DNA from: TPA_inf: Saccharomyces
Lineage: Eukaryota
Direction of reading: 5' to 3'
Length of the DNA stretch: 64,000 bases
NCBI GenBank assembly: GCA_000146045.2
Contig: BK006934.2
Span: 224,001-288,000, forward strand
Shown: positions 32,360 through 47,548 of the stretch, one piece after another
How positions within the stretch are numbered: the stretch's first letter is position 1
How the letters are laid out: every line of letters begins with the position of its first letter
Program-made: the position numbers and the translations under genes
Notes under the pieces: generated by a model
The model's input: only the letters and a program-made list of their open reading frames with translations
Told to the model about the DNA's origin: nothing
Database searches by the model: none

Positions 32360-34018
32360 ATGGAGGCACTTATCGTATTTATAGTGCTTTCCGTATCCGG
32401 AGCATTTGCTTACAAATGCTCCTATGAAAGGCTCTGGTTTAAAGTAGGGTCTTTGTTTGACATTATATCAACTTCCTCGAAGAAAAATGTCATTCCGTTG
32501 GCAAGCAAAATGGAAGTTGGCTCGAATGAGGATGTGTCTAGTATGGGTAATTTCATAAATAAATTCTACACAGAGTATTCTTTACCCTCACATAAGGTAC
32601 TGCAATCACTGCGAGTCCTTTTTTCATTAGCAATGATGACGTATACAGTAACCATAGAGATTATTCTATGGCAGATTAAGGTTGCTGGAATGGACAAGGA
32701 AGTTACTTTCATAACGACTTGGGTGTGGCCTCTGACTGCAATCATGCTATCCTTCATACTAATTTTATTTCAGCCCTTTTTCATTATAATATCGTTACTG
32801 AATAAATTCTACAATGACAAGTTCGATATCGATAGGTTGATAATAGTGACATGCATAATCTTGTCCACACTTATTGCGCTGTTAAGTTACATAAATATTG
32901 GACCGTTCCAGTACACAAAAAATATTCTAACTAGATTGTCCATCGGAGGCGTCACAGTCATGGCTTCCCTATCTGGGTTAGCCACTGTTTCTAGTTTATA
33001 CTACAACTTTTTAGTCATCTGGCACAAGTTTCGTAATACACCAATGTCAGACCCCAGTTTTAGAAACATCAACAACAGCAACAATAACAGTAAATCTCTC
33101 TTATGGACAACAGACGCCTATATAGAGGAAAAAATCCAAGATTATGAACACAACATTGAACAAAATGTACAAATATTAAGAAGTTTAGAAGAAGAGGTCG
33201 GAGAAAACTCAACTTTTAAAGCAGAGTTGATGGAAAAAATCGCCTGGTATCAACTGGAGCTTGGGAAATTGGAAGCATTATTACAACAGTCCCCTCAGGT
33301 ACGCACTTTTAAGAAAGCTTTTGAAGTCGGGTTTATCATATACTGTCTTCATAAACTAATAATAACTTTCCTGAAAAGAATCCCCTATATCATATACCAC
33401 TCGCTCAAATATCCAGATGACTACGATTATGAAAATTTTAGTGAAAATGCAGCATCCGATCCTTTAGCCATTACGATAGCAAATATTTTGGATTTTTCGT
33501 TTTTCAGGTTCAATTACCAGCACGATCTCGATTCGTTAACAAAACAGATATCGTTATTTTTGTCAATTTCTCTCTTTCTTTGCTGTCTTTCTGCTGTCAA
33601 TACCACCATCTCCTACGTTGTGACCCTTTTGCCCATAAAGTTCCAGATTCTTGCACTTTTCGCCATGCAGAATGATGACACTGCTAATGTACTTCCAGAG
33701 TACACCAATAACTCTTCCTATAAGGGAAAAAAGAGAAACTATTCTCAGGAACAAAAAGGAATATCTTTGATAAAAAATCTGGTGGTGTCAGAGTTGACTG
33801 GCGTCTACGTTTTGGCTACAACGCTAATGGTTAGGTCCCATCTCCCTTTTGAAGTATCACAAAGATTAAAGGAGCTATTGGGTGGAAAGTTTACCGTCCC
33901 AAACATTGTCATAGATTCTTGGTTTGATGAAGTCTACGCTTTTGCATGTGTGTTTACCTTTATTTGCATAAGAATTGCAGAACGAAAGCTTTCCACCAAA
34001 AAAGTCAGTGTTGAATAA
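32360..34018 (+). CDS. Uncharacterised multi-pass membrane protein, Golgi pH regulator / GPR89-like family, 552 aa
   Basis: Multiple long hydrophobic segments flank a central coiled-coil-like hydrophilic loop. Position matches YHR078W. I trimmed the start to MEALIVFIV, 4 codons inside the ORF-track start. Confidence 0.7.
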   Translation: MEALIVFIVLSVSGAFAYKCSYERLWFKVGSLFDIISTSSKKNVIPLASKMEVGSNEDVSSMGNFINKFYTEYSLPSHKVLQSLRVLFSLAMMTYTVTIEIILWQIKVAGMDKEVTFITTWVWPLTAIMLSFILILFQPFFIIISLLNKFYNDKFDIDRLIIVTCIILSTLIALLSYINIGPFQYTKNILTRLSIGGVTVMASLSGLATVSSLYYNFLVIWHKFRNTPMSDPSFRNINNSNNNSKSLLWTTDAYIEEKIQDYEHNIEQNVQILRSLEEEVGENSTFKAELMEKIAWYQLELGKLEALLQQSPQVRTFKKAFEVGFIIYCLHKLIITFLKRIPYIIYHSLKYPDDYDYENFSENAASDPLAITIANILDFSFFRFNYQHDLDSLTKQISLFLSISLFLCCLSAVNTTISYVVTLLPIKFQILALFAMQNDDTANVLPEYTNNSSYKGKKRNYSQEQKGISLIKNLVVSELTGVYVLATTLMVRSHLPFEVSQRLKELLGGKFTVPNIVIDSWFDEVYAFACVFTFICIRIAERKLSTKKVSVE

Positions 34019-34243
34019 CTGGAGTAGTATGTCGATGTTCGATGTTTATGAGATATGTATTTATAAAATTAAATGTCTGTCGGGTAGTTTATGTAGGGAT
34101 GAGAAAAGTAGTATAGGTTCATGAAGAAGTACAACTTTTTTTCATTTATGCAAGGGCGTAAAAATTATGGATGGTTACTACTAATGATCAAAGTAACATT
34201 AATGCAATAATCAACCAAGAAGAAGCAGAGGGGCATGAACATG

Positions 34244-37200
34244 TTATGAATACAAAAATTCACGTAAAATTTGATCGTCACTTAAATTTTCCTTGACAAT
34301 CATATAAACACCTATTAATAGGTTTGGAAAACGCTTGGTGAAGTAATCGTAAAATCCATCGGGTACCGGCCCCATTAGTTCTGCTATATCTTCAGGTAAA
34401 TCCATAAAATGATGATATTTATTCCTAAGTGCTCTTAATAGATCCATTAACTTTGATGAATGGTATTTTCTGTACCTTTCAAGGTTGTCCATGAATGTTT
34501 TATCAAACTTGACAGTCCAATCTCCACTGGGTATTACAAAGTCAGAACCGGCGTCAAATTTCATTAACAGGGCACTTGGAGGGTCTCTGTTTTCAATTTC
34601 AAGCCTATCACTAACTTTTAAAAGGAACTCCAATTTTTTCGACTTTGGCCAAAACAACGGATGCCTTAGAACTTTCATAGCAGTAGGTCTTTTTAACGGA
34701 TCGTGATCAATCATTTGGGAGATCAGATCTGTAGCTTCTGCAATTAAGGATCTATCATGTAGACATTTCATTTCATCAAGACTGAATATTCCTCTTATGA
34801 TATTGCTTTCACGTGAATATTTATCTCCAAATGGATGCTTCCCTTTGGATAGGATATAATAGAATACACATCCCATAGAAAAAATATCAATAGATCTTGT
34901 TAGCCTCCTCTTGGTGAACGGATCATAAAAAGAATCAGATGAAACTACTGTATGCCTACTAGAAGAGTGTTCCGTTTCGACTTGGCACTGCAAATTGTTT
35001 GATTCTTCAAGCAGCTCTGGGGCCCTCCAACCACTTGTGCCAGAAGGGTTATTCAAATTTGTTCTAAATGAAGACTGACCAGAGTCTAGTTTTTTGCAAA
35101 GACCAAAGTCTGATATCAAAATTCGAAGATTTTCTGCTCCTGTTTGCTGATCGGCAGTAAACCTACTCGAAGTAGAAACGAGAATATTTTGAGGCTTTAA
35201 ATCTCGATGGATAATCTTTAAAGAATGTAAATGTGCTACCCCGGACGCTATTTGTCTCAATAACGAAATTGGATTATACTCTTTCTGTAATTTCAGGTTT
35301 TCATCTGATACATTCTTAGACTCCACCAAATCTTGAAGGTTCAAATTGCAGAGCTCTAAAGCAATATACAAAAATCTGTCTGTTGTTTCTGAACAGTAGT
35401 ATCGTATGACGTTAGGGTGATCATCGCTTTCAGTCAAAAGTTTTATTTCCATTAAAGCTATGTCACAAAAATCAATTAACATTCTCTTTACCGCAACAGG
35501 TCTTCCTTGAAAACTTCCCTGAAAAACTACTGTTCCTGATGAACCGTAACCTAAAATTTTTTCGGATACTACCAAATTTTTTAAAGATTGCTCAAAGTTT
35601 GGTATATTTGCAATGCGTGATTTTCGGCCCTTTTTGCCTCCTCTCGAACCTCTTTTCCTCTTCTTCTTTTCTGTGGTTAAATCTAGTGATTTTTCATCAT
35701 CTTCATCAGCATCATCGTTATCTTTTTCAGATTTTAGACTTCCATCGTTCACAGCACCTTCAAAAACAACTTGCTTCCCTGATTTCATATCGAATGGCTT
35801 GGTTACATTTTCCGATGAAGAGGGACAATTTAGCGATTTCGACTCAACTATGGGGATTTCCTTTTCAGGCATAAATCCAATTTTGGATAATAATACATAT
35901 AGTGGCGGCAAAATTTTGAATCTTTGTAGTATTGCACAAAAAATGAGAAATAACAACAGAAATACTCCAGTCTCTATAATTCGATATACTAGACTTCCAA
36001 ACTTCAGTAGCAAAGAATTTTGGTTCTTTTCATCTAATTCTCTCGATATTTGCTCGTGTATCTTTTTTCTATATGCCTCAAGGTCTTCTGGTGACATGTA
36101 TTCCTTTAGTGAATTCATCTCGTTATTCTGATGTAAATCGGTTGTATCAACGGACGAATCAATCATCAGAGGTGGATATTTGTGCGTAGTGTCCAAACTA
36201 TTCGTTTTTTCATAGTTTTCATAAAGGTGATCATATTCATTATTATATATCTGATGAACACCCATGATTGCGTTCTTGAATAAAGTCTCATCTTCAAAAA
36301 TTGAAGACACCCTCCAACGGTCACTGGAAGCGTATCTTGATATGGGAGCTGATTCGACTAAAGATGGAAAATTCTGACTAGATAATGCAAACCAGGAGAG
36401 GTTCGAAGTCTGATCCAAGTAAACTTTGTTACTCGATATACTTTCATGATCACCAGGATTAAAGGGATGCGGTACCAGTATATTTTCATTGGTGCGGAGA
36501 TCATTAAACACATCGAAAAGCCCAACAATAATTCCGGGGAATGTCGGAGAAACCCATCTAGCAATTCTAAAATCTAAATCGCTTGCTAGCAATGATTTAT
36601 CACGGAAAGGCGCTATGCACATGCCGTCCTTTGAAAATGTATTCTGAAGCGCTAGGGGAACATCTAAAACATTTTGCTGCCATGTAGAGTAAGTGACATT
36701 GTAGCTTGCTCCATCATAAGAGTGAATTCCCAGCTCAAAAATAGTTTTGCCTATTACAATCATATTTTCACATTCCTGAAGTTTTATCTTCTCCTCAGGT
36801 GAGCAATCCACACTCTGGCTCCCGAAATACCCGTTTTTTGAACCAGGTCCGAACGCTGATATAATTTCACCATTCAACATGTTTATAGTATACATTATAG
36901 TTCTCATCGATCCAGTGTAGACCTTTTCATCTTCAACAATTTTTCCAGAGTCATTAACCACAATATTTGTTTTCAAGTGCAGCGGGGAAGTTGATACAAG
37001 TTGTCGTATGGATAAAGGCAGTTTTTGTAACCCTTGATGGGCGTTAAAGTAGTAAATGTTCCCATCACCGAAAGGTTCTATAATCAACGTTTCATATGTT
37101 TCTAACCTCGAAGGTTCTTGTATTTCTATCAGAGGTTGAAAATTTTCTGGTTCGATTGACCATATGATATGACCATTTCTTCTATCTACAGCATGAAGTC

Positions 37201-37591
37201 CACCCTCAACGTCGGCTGCGATTAGTATATCTGATAAACTCAGTTCGTTCAAGGAACGATTCTCCAAATAGGGTACACTTATAGAATTGGCAGCCCTACG
37301 TCCTTTTTTGTTAGCACGTCGATTATCAGCAGTATTCAATAAGTTAGGAGTTGGATATGAGCTGAGTTTCATATTTGGTAAACCTTCAGTGGTTCTTGGA
37401 GCAGGAATGGGCGAGTTTATATTTTTATCCACACCATAGTTGAAATTGAGCTTTTTAGTGGAGGCAACTTCATCTTCCACTATCTGCCGCCTTGAGGTGC
37501 GAGACGACAATGGGATTGAGCATGAAATGATGGATGAAAACACACAAACGAGCAGTGTCAATACTAACATGTTTCTTCGAAGTAGACGCAT
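34244..37591 (-). CDS. IRE1: Unfolded-protein-response transmembrane Ser/Thr kinase and endoribonuclease, 1115 aa
   Basis: Signal peptide, luminal domain, a transmembrane segment, a kinase domain (HRDLKPQNIL, DFG) and a C-terminal KEN/RNase domain. Confidence 0.9.
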   Translation of the reverse strand: MRLLRRNMLVLTLLVCVFSSIISCSIPLSSRTSRRQIVEDEVASTKKLNFNYGVDKNINSPIPAPRTTEGLPNMKLSSYPTPNLLNTADNRRANKKGRRAANSISVPYLENRSLNELSLSDILIAADVEGGLHAVDRRNGHIIWSIEPENFQPLIEIQEPSRLETYETLIIEPFGDGNIYYFNAHQGLQKLPLSIRQLVSTSPLHLKTNIVVNDSGKIVEDEKVYTGSMRTIMYTINMLNGEIISAFGPGSKNGYFGSQSVDCSPEEKIKLQECENMIVIGKTIFELGIHSYDGASYNVTYSTWQQNVLDVPLALQNTFSKDGMCIAPFRDKSLLASDLDFRIARWVSPTFPGIIVGLFDVFNDLRTNENILVPHPFNPGDHESISSNKVYLDQTSNLSWFALSSQNFPSLVESAPISRYASSDRWRVSSIFEDETLFKNAIMGVHQIYNNEYDHLYENYEKTNSLDTTHKYPPLMIDSSVDTTDLHQNNEMNSLKEYMSPEDLEAYRKKIHEQISRELDEKNQNSLLLKFGSLVYRIIETGVFLLLFLIFCAILQRFKILPPLYVLLSKIGFMPEKEIPIVESKSLNCPSSSENVTKPFDMKSGKQVVFEGAVNDGSLKSEKDNDDADEDDEKSLDLTTEKKKRKRGSRGGKKGRKSRIANIPNFEQSLKNLVVSEKILGYGSSGTVVFQGSFQGRPVAVKRMLIDFCDIALMEIKLLTESDDHPNVIRYYCSETTDRFLYIALELCNLNLQDLVESKNVSDENLKLQKEYNPISLLRQIASGVAHLHSLKIIHRDLKPQNILVSTSSRFTADQQTGAENLRILISDFGLCKKLDSGQSSFRTNLNNPSGTSGWRAPELLEESNNLQCQVETEHSSSRHTVVSSDSFYDPFTKRRLTRSIDIFSMGCVFYYILSKGKHPFGDKYSRESNIIRGIFSLDEMKCLHDRSLIAEATDLISQMIDHDPLKRPTAMKVLRHPLFWPKSKKLEFLLKVSDRLEIENRDPPSALLMKFDAGSDFVIPSGDWTVKFDKTFMDNLERYRKYHSSKLMDLLRALRNKYHHFMDLPEDIAELMGPVPDGFYDYFTKRFPNLLIGVYMIVKENLSDDQILREFLYS

Positions 37592-38191
37592 TTTTCAAAG
37601 TGCTAAAATATTAATTCCTCAGATATGCTGTTTTTTTAATGTGTATGAAGGGTGATATGGAGAAAAGTGATAATGGACGTGGGGAAGAGGAAAACGATGC
37701 TTTGTGAATGAGAAAAAAAAGTTACTTAGCAGATTACCGATTATTAACAGTGCCAGTTATAGTGTAGATTTAATTGTGTAAAATTAATATTGTTATAGAC
37801 TTTTCACTGTTAGTTTATGTGAAGTTGGCTCATTGATCTCCTATGATATGTTTTTCGTTTATTTCTTGTTACTATGTGATTAATCTCTTTTTTTAAATTT
37901 TATTGTTGGAATAGTCGAAGGTATTGCCCGAAGAGGCTTACGCTCCGTCTTGATTTTCGGCAATAAAATAGCGAAAACCTATTATATAACAGAGGGTAAT
38001 AAAACCTCAAAACTACAACTATCAATATATTTCACACTACGCAGCTTAATTAGTAACTGTATAATAGCATTTAAGTTCATTACTTCTTTGTAATTTTATC
38101 TTTTTTTTTTTTTATATAGTTTTCAGCGCGCAGCAGAGTTTCATTGGAACGCTTCGCACGTTGGAAGAATAGAACTGTCCCTAAAAGCCCA

Positions 38192-38553
38192 TTAGTCCTT
38201 CATTGAATAACCGATCTCTTCAAAAACATCCTTAATTTTGCATTGCTTTTCATCAGCAATTATTTGGGCCAACCTTAAACCGGCATCTCTCAATTCGTTG
38301 TACTCCTTTAACTCTTTAATGTACGTCGAGGAAATTTTTTTTGGTGTCTCATCACTTTGACAAGTTCTGTTAATAACAGAAACTAAATATTTTTTGTTTG
38401 TTATACCGATTTTTGCCGACTGGAAAAAATAGCTACATACTTTTTCTTTTCTTTAGACAATTGCTCAAACATCTTTATCAGGTTGCCATTCATACTTTCG
38501 TATTCCTGTATCTGTTTTTGCTTTTTATTTAACTGTGTTTCCAAATAGTTCAT
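38192..38553 (-). CDS. SAE3: Meiotic recombination factor (Sae3/Swi5 family), 91 aa. Exon 1 is 38553..38441, the 86-nt intron is 38440..38355, and exon 2 is 38354..38192.
   Basis: The minus strand reads ATGAACTATTTGGAA...GAAAAGAAAAA|GTATGTAGC...tctgTTATTAACagaacttgtcaaAG|TGATGAGACACCA. The spliced frame gives ...SKEKKNDETPKKISSTYIKELKEYNELRDAGLRLAQIIADEKQCKIKDVFEEIGYSMKD*. The ORF track misses this gene because of the intron. Confidence 0.72.
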
Positions 38554-38800
38554 ACTTGCAAGTTGTCTTCTGTTTATGGCAAGGATAAGACCATTGCTTT
38601 TAATTTAAAATTATTCTTATACTCTGTCTTTGCATTTATGAAGCAGAAATAGAATAGCCGCCATTAGGCAGAACAATTCCGTCTGATGTGATAATGCAAA
38701 GTGTGCCTGTCATCTAACTTAAAAGGAATCAGGCCAACCGCTACAGGATATGTACTAGATACAATTACTAAATAATACAAACAGAATATATAAAATGCTA

Positions 38801-42850
<4,050 letters not shown>

Positions 42851-43537
42851 TCAACACTATCCATGGAGAGTAAGAACCACACACAGTAGCAATAATTTAA
42901 TATCAATGGCAATAGCAACGAAATTACAGTAGATACCGTGAGCCAGCAGAAACAGATTGATATTTCGTATTTCAAGAAGGCAGAATCATTCAACCACCTA
43001 CCGTCCCCCAGGAGGACAGATCCCAACGAGGGACCTTTGCGCCCAATTCTACTCCTGCAAGGGTTTCACTTAGAAATGCTTTTGCCAAGGTAAAGGACCC
43101 CTAAGACTAGAATGAACTACGCCGGTCCGTCCGGCCGTCATACTCCGTGGAAATTTACTTCTAAAAGGAGAAACAGCGATCTTTGCCGCATAAAGCCAGC
43201 CACTACTGGCGTGGAAAGATTTTTAGATTAGAAGACAATACAAAGCGGCAACGTCATAACCTTGGTATTTATTGGGCAAGCATTTTCATATCAGCGTACA
43301 TACACCAGCAATGGGAATGTAAAGAAGAGTCGTTACTAGCATATTTTCTATTCATGCGGGTACCCAACATGTCACGTTTCACGAATTCTCGTGCAGTTTT
43401 TCAGCGATGAGCTAAGGCAGATGGTTATGGACTGTGCCTTCTGTAGTCTGTGGAAGAAAAAACTGGTTAACAGCCTACAGTAGAAATCGATTAATATAAA
43501 CATATATCTAGCAACGTAACGGAGTATTAGATCAGTA

Positions 43538-44092
43538 ATGGAAGATATCGAAAAGATAAAACCATACGTTAGGAGTTTTTCAAAGGCGTTAGACGAGCTG
43601 AAACCAGAAATAGAGAAACTAACGTCGAAGTCACTGGATGAACAGCTGTTGCTATTATCTGATGAGAGGGCTAAATTAGAACTAATTAATCGTTACGCGT
43701 ATGTATTGAGTTCTCTGATGTTTGCTAATATGAAAGTCCTAGGCGTCAAAGATATGTCTCCTATACTCGGCGAACTGAAAAGAGTAAAATCATACATGGA
43801 TAAGGCTAAACAATACGATAATAGGATAACCAAATCCAACGAAAAATCGCAGGCAGAGCAAGAAAAAGCTAAGAATATCATTTCCAATGTTTTGGACGGT
43901 AATAAAAACCAATTCGAGCCCTCTATAAGCAGGAGCAACTTTCAAGGGAAGCATACGAAATTTGAAAACGATGAACTGGCAGAGAGTACAACGACTAAGA
44001 TTATTGACAGTACCGATCATATAAGGAAAGCAAGTAGTAAGAAAAGTAAAAGATTGGATAAAGTTGGAAAAAAGAAAGGAGGGAAGAAGTAG
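43538..44092 (+). CDS. LRP1: Nuclear exosome cofactor (Rrp47/C1D family), 184 aa
   Basis: Full ORF beginning MEDIEKIKPYVRSFSKALDEL, with a lysine-rich C-terminus. Confidence 0.82.
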   Translation: MEDIEKIKPYVRSFSKALDELKPEIEKLTSKSLDEQLLLLSDERAKLELINRYAYVLSSLMFANMKVLGVKDMSPILGELKRVKSYMDKAKQYDNRITKSNEKSQAEQEKAKNIISNVLDGNKNQFEPSISRSNFQGKHTKFENDELAESTTTKIIDSTDHIRKASSKKSKRLDKVGKKKGGKK

Positions 44093-44458
44093 AGGTCGAC
44101 GTATACTGGTACATGAGTGAAAAAATGATTAAAGGTGATGTGAGAGCACAAATGCAAAAATGCTTATAGGGTTTATATACTTTTATAATAACAATAAGAA
44201 CTCGTTGAAGTAACTAATATGTGTATATGCTATTCTTGTAGTTGGCAGTGAACACTTTTGTGTGAATTGACGTTATATAAGACTGTAGAAATATCTAAGA
44301 AAAGAGAGTTTTCATAAAACCCTTCAAGCTTAACTACCAAAAAGCATTCATACTTAGAAGTTGAAATGCACGATGATGCCAAATTGATGAAAAAAGCTAA
44401 AAATGCATTTCAGAAGGGAAGAAAATAATAAGCAACATAACAGAGGGAATAGGTGCGC

Positions 44459-47400
44459 TTAGTCTTGTTGCTGTAAAATTAACCAATTATTCTTGTATTG
44501 TTCTAACGATCCGACCATTTCATCCTGAATACTTGTCTTCCTGCCAGCTCCTAATTTTTTATCGTGAGTGGAGCCAGCGAAAGTTTGAGCATAAATTTCA
44601 TAAGGACCGAAAATTTGCCTTTCATCCGGGGAGGTTGACGAGGATTCGTTGTCACCACCTTCCATTTTGCCATGTGCCATCTTGTCACTTTCTCCTTCGT
44701 ATTCTTCGTCTTCGAAAATTATGGCGTCATTGTTAGAGTCTGCGAATACGTCTTCATTTTGCAACGCAATCGTAGTGCTTGAATGATTACGAGGTAATAA
44801 AGGTTTAGGGAAGCCAACGAAGGAGCTTTTAGCTCCTGGTGAAGAGGACAACTTCTCGAGTGCTTTATTCATATGCAGTGGGTTAGATTCATTAGCACTG
44901 GAACGCCTGGAATTGTAAGATCCACCAAAATTAACAGAATTATGCGAAACTGACAACGTGGCCTCGTTACTTGTCTTCATATTCATAGGAGGTACCTGTG
45001 TTCCCAAGTTGAAACTCTTCCTATGATGAGGTGGAACATAAACCCCATTTTTAAATTTTTGTTCCATACTGAGTCTACGCTCCTGCTCTAGCTCCTTAGA
45101 GTCAGATGAGTGTGAATATCGATTGCCAATATTACCTGTTAAAATTGGATCAATTGGTCCAGAAGATAAATTTAAATGTGCTTCAGATGATGCTGGTGAT
45201 TTTAGTAAATCTGGTAGTTCATTAGATTCATTATTGTTATTGTTGATATGCAATGATGTTGTCAAAGGAGGTGGAATATATTGTCTATGATATTGATTAG
45301 TGGTACTATTGGTGTCGATATGGTTGTTGTTGCCATTGTTATTGTGATTAGTGCTTGCGTGAACAAATACTTCATTATGGCTACCTACCGTTGTATGCGG
45401 TAAGTGATCATTTATAGATAAGTTGTCCATACCATTGACGAAATCATGATCACCTTCTTCAAGAGTGAATAAAACGTCGTCTGAATCGTGATCGCCCTCA
45501 GAATCCATACTATCCTGAGTGTAGTGTTCCTGGTATGAAGGCTTCCCACCTAAAACGGTAGAGATATCAGGAGCAGTTGATTGCGGAACTCTTAAAAACT
45601 GATTCGTTGGGCTTACGTGATGGTTCCTGGCATTTGGTGGAATATAAGCGCCTGGTGAATGTTGAACTGTAGTCGTAGAACCACGCCTTGCATAACCATT
45701 TATAGAACTATTGTTGTTATGATTATAGCTCATGTTGTACCTTGAAAGTGGTGACTTACCGGTATAACTGGAGGAACTTGGTCTTCTGTATTTGTTAAAG
45801 TTTTTGTTCCAACCCTTTATATAGCTATTACCATTGTTAAAATTATTATAATTACTTCCATGATTGTTATTGCTGTTGTTGTTATTATTGTTGTAATTAC
45901 GATTCTGTCTGTACTGTTTATTGTTGTTGTTGGAAAACCCCTCCATATACCTGTGCTGGACACTTGGAGGAGTGAAAAAATCTCTGGTGTTGAATTCATC
46001 CCTTGCTTTGTAATCGTGGAAAAAATTATTCATGTGTGTATTAGGCGTTGGTATGCCAAGAGGCTTCCTTGATTTTTTCAAAATTTTACTTTTCTTTCTA
46101 TCTTCGATATTGACTGGTTTGGAAAATTGATTATCAGTTCTTCCGTACTTATTGCGCTTCTTAAATTTGAACTTAGGAGCAGATTTAGCCCTTTCATGAG
46201 TAGATAGTGTTGTATTATAACCCTGGTTGAAAAATTTCTGTTGTTGTGTAGACGGTTTTTTAAAGAAGCCGCTTGCAACATTTTGATTTTGAGAGACATC
46301 TGACCGTTTCCTTTCATTCACATTATTGAAATTGAAATCCTTTTTAAATTCAGGCATATGTTGTTTGTTACTAGATGAAATAGGAGTAGGTAATGATACC
46401 GGTGCTGAAGATGGAGGAACAGGCTGAGGTGGCAAACCGTCAATCATAGTTTCTTCATATCCTTCATCCAAGTTATTATAGTATTCATCGTCTAATGTAT
46501 ACTCAGATAAGTTCTGTAGTTCAGTTCTCATCATTTTCAAGTCTCTATTAGCCGGATCGATGGTTAAACTATACCTTAATACTTGAAAGAAATCATAAGC
46601 CATTGTCGAAAATACATCAAACAACGCTTCTCTATTAGCAGCAAAATAACAGAATGACTTGTCGGATTGATTGGCAATACTAAAAGGATTCTTATGGAAA
46701 ACAATATTAAGAAACACAATTCCCATAGCCCATAAATCCACTTTGGCACAGTCATAAGGTTCCTTTCTTTCCTTGATATCCAAATTACTATCAAAAAGTT
46801 CAGGGGACATATATCTTTCACTACCGACATTTCTATCCATAGACGTCTTATCTGTAGTAGCCAATCCCCAATCTGTAAGCTTAATTGTCCAATCAATTCC
46901 AGAAATTAAAATGTTCTCAGGTTTTATATCACGATGATAAATGCCCTTGTTATGAACATATTCAATTGCATCCATGATTTGTGTGATAATATGAGTGATC
47001 GATTTGGTTTTCTTAGGCACAGCATCGGCTTTGATCGCCTCATATAGGTCACCGCCAGAGCAATATTCCATGATGATGTAAGAGTCGAAGAAATCTAATA
47101 GAGCAGCAATATTTTGGTGTCTACCAATTTTTGTTTGAATATCAACTTCATACATGGCTTCGAGACAAATGTTATTAGATAGTCTTGATTTAACTTTCGA
47201 AGAAATTAGGGACTTTTTGTGTTTGTAGAGATTGTGTTTCTTCTCTCTACTTGACCCGTTATTACTGGAGGCATTACCATTTTCATTTTCATGGCGATCC
47301 GTATCAACTTTCGTGTCTTCATCATCATCACAATCGCTACTATCACAATCATTTTCGTCGTCCTGAGGCCCATCGTACTGGCCGTCATCTTCTAATTTGA

Positions 47401-47548
47401 AAATGTATTTGACTGCAACCAATCTTTTCTCTCTAACATCTTTAGCCAATGATACATAACCATATGAACCTTCACTGATATCCTCTATTTTTTGATATCG
47501 ATTATTCAAAATACCTCCTTCTTTGTAAATCTCGTAATCTAAAGTCAT
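44459..47548 (-). CDS. KSP1: Ser/Thr protein kinase with a long N/Q/S-rich disordered C-terminal region, 1029 aa
   Basis: N-terminal kinase domain (HRDIKPENIL, DWG variant) with an acidic insert. Asn-rich tracts lie downstream. Confidence 0.88.
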   Translation of the reverse strand: MTLDYEIYKEGGILNNRYQKIEDISEGSYGYVSLAKDVREKRLVAVKYIFKLEDDGQYDGPQDDENDCDSSDCDDDEDTKVDTDRHENENGNASSNNGSSREKKHNLYKHKKSLISSKVKSRLSNNICLEAMYEVDIQTKIGRHQNIAALLDFFDSYIIMEYCSGGDLYEAIKADAVPKKTKSITHIITQIMDAIEYVHNKGIYHRDIKPENILISGIDWTIKLTDWGLATTDKTSMDRNVGSERYMSPELFDSNLDIKERKEPYDCAKVDLWAMGIVFLNIVFHKNPFSIANQSDKSFCYFAANREALFDVFSTMAYDFFQVLRYSLTIDPANRDLKMMRTELQNLSEYTLDDEYYNNLDEGYEETMIDGLPPQPVPPSSAPVSLPTPISSSNKQHMPEFKKDFNFNNVNERKRSDVSQNQNVASGFFKKPSTQQQKFFNQGYNTTLSTHERAKSAPKFKFKKRNKYGRTDNQFSKPVNIEDRKKSKILKKSRKPLGIPTPNTHMNNFFHDYKARDEFNTRDFFTPPSVQHRYMEGFSNNNNKQYRQNRNYNNNNNNSNNNHGSNYNNFNNGNSYIKGWNKNFNKYRRPSSSSYTGKSPLSRYNMSYNHNNNSSINGYARRGSTTTVQHSPGAYIPPNARNHHVSPTNQFLRVPQSTAPDISTVLGGKPSYQEHYTQDSMDSEGDHDSDDVLFTLEEGDHDFVNGMDNLSINDHLPHTTVGSHNEVFVHASTNHNNNGNNNHIDTNSTTNQYHRQYIPPPLTTSLHINNNNNESNELPDLLKSPASSEAHLNLSSGPIDPILTGNIGNRYSHSSDSKELEQERRLSMEQKFKNGVYVPPHHRKSFNLGTQVPPMNMKTSNEATLSVSHNSVNFGGSYNSRRSSANESNPLHMNKALEKLSSSPGAKSSFVGFPKPLLPRNHSSTTIALQNEDVFADSNNDAIIFEDEEYEGESDKMAHGKMEGGDNESSSTSPDERQIFGPYEIYAQTFAGSTHDKKLGAGRKTSIQDEMVGSLEQYKNNWLILQQQD

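Noticed and set aside
43183-43410. 75-aa ORF in the YHR080C-LRP1 divergent promoter. Similar short intergenic ORFs occur at 17655 upstream codons, 21923-22132, 48365-48712 and 55936-56139.
   Set aside because: They are short, lack any recognisable motif, sit in promoter regions, and are most likely chance ORFs.
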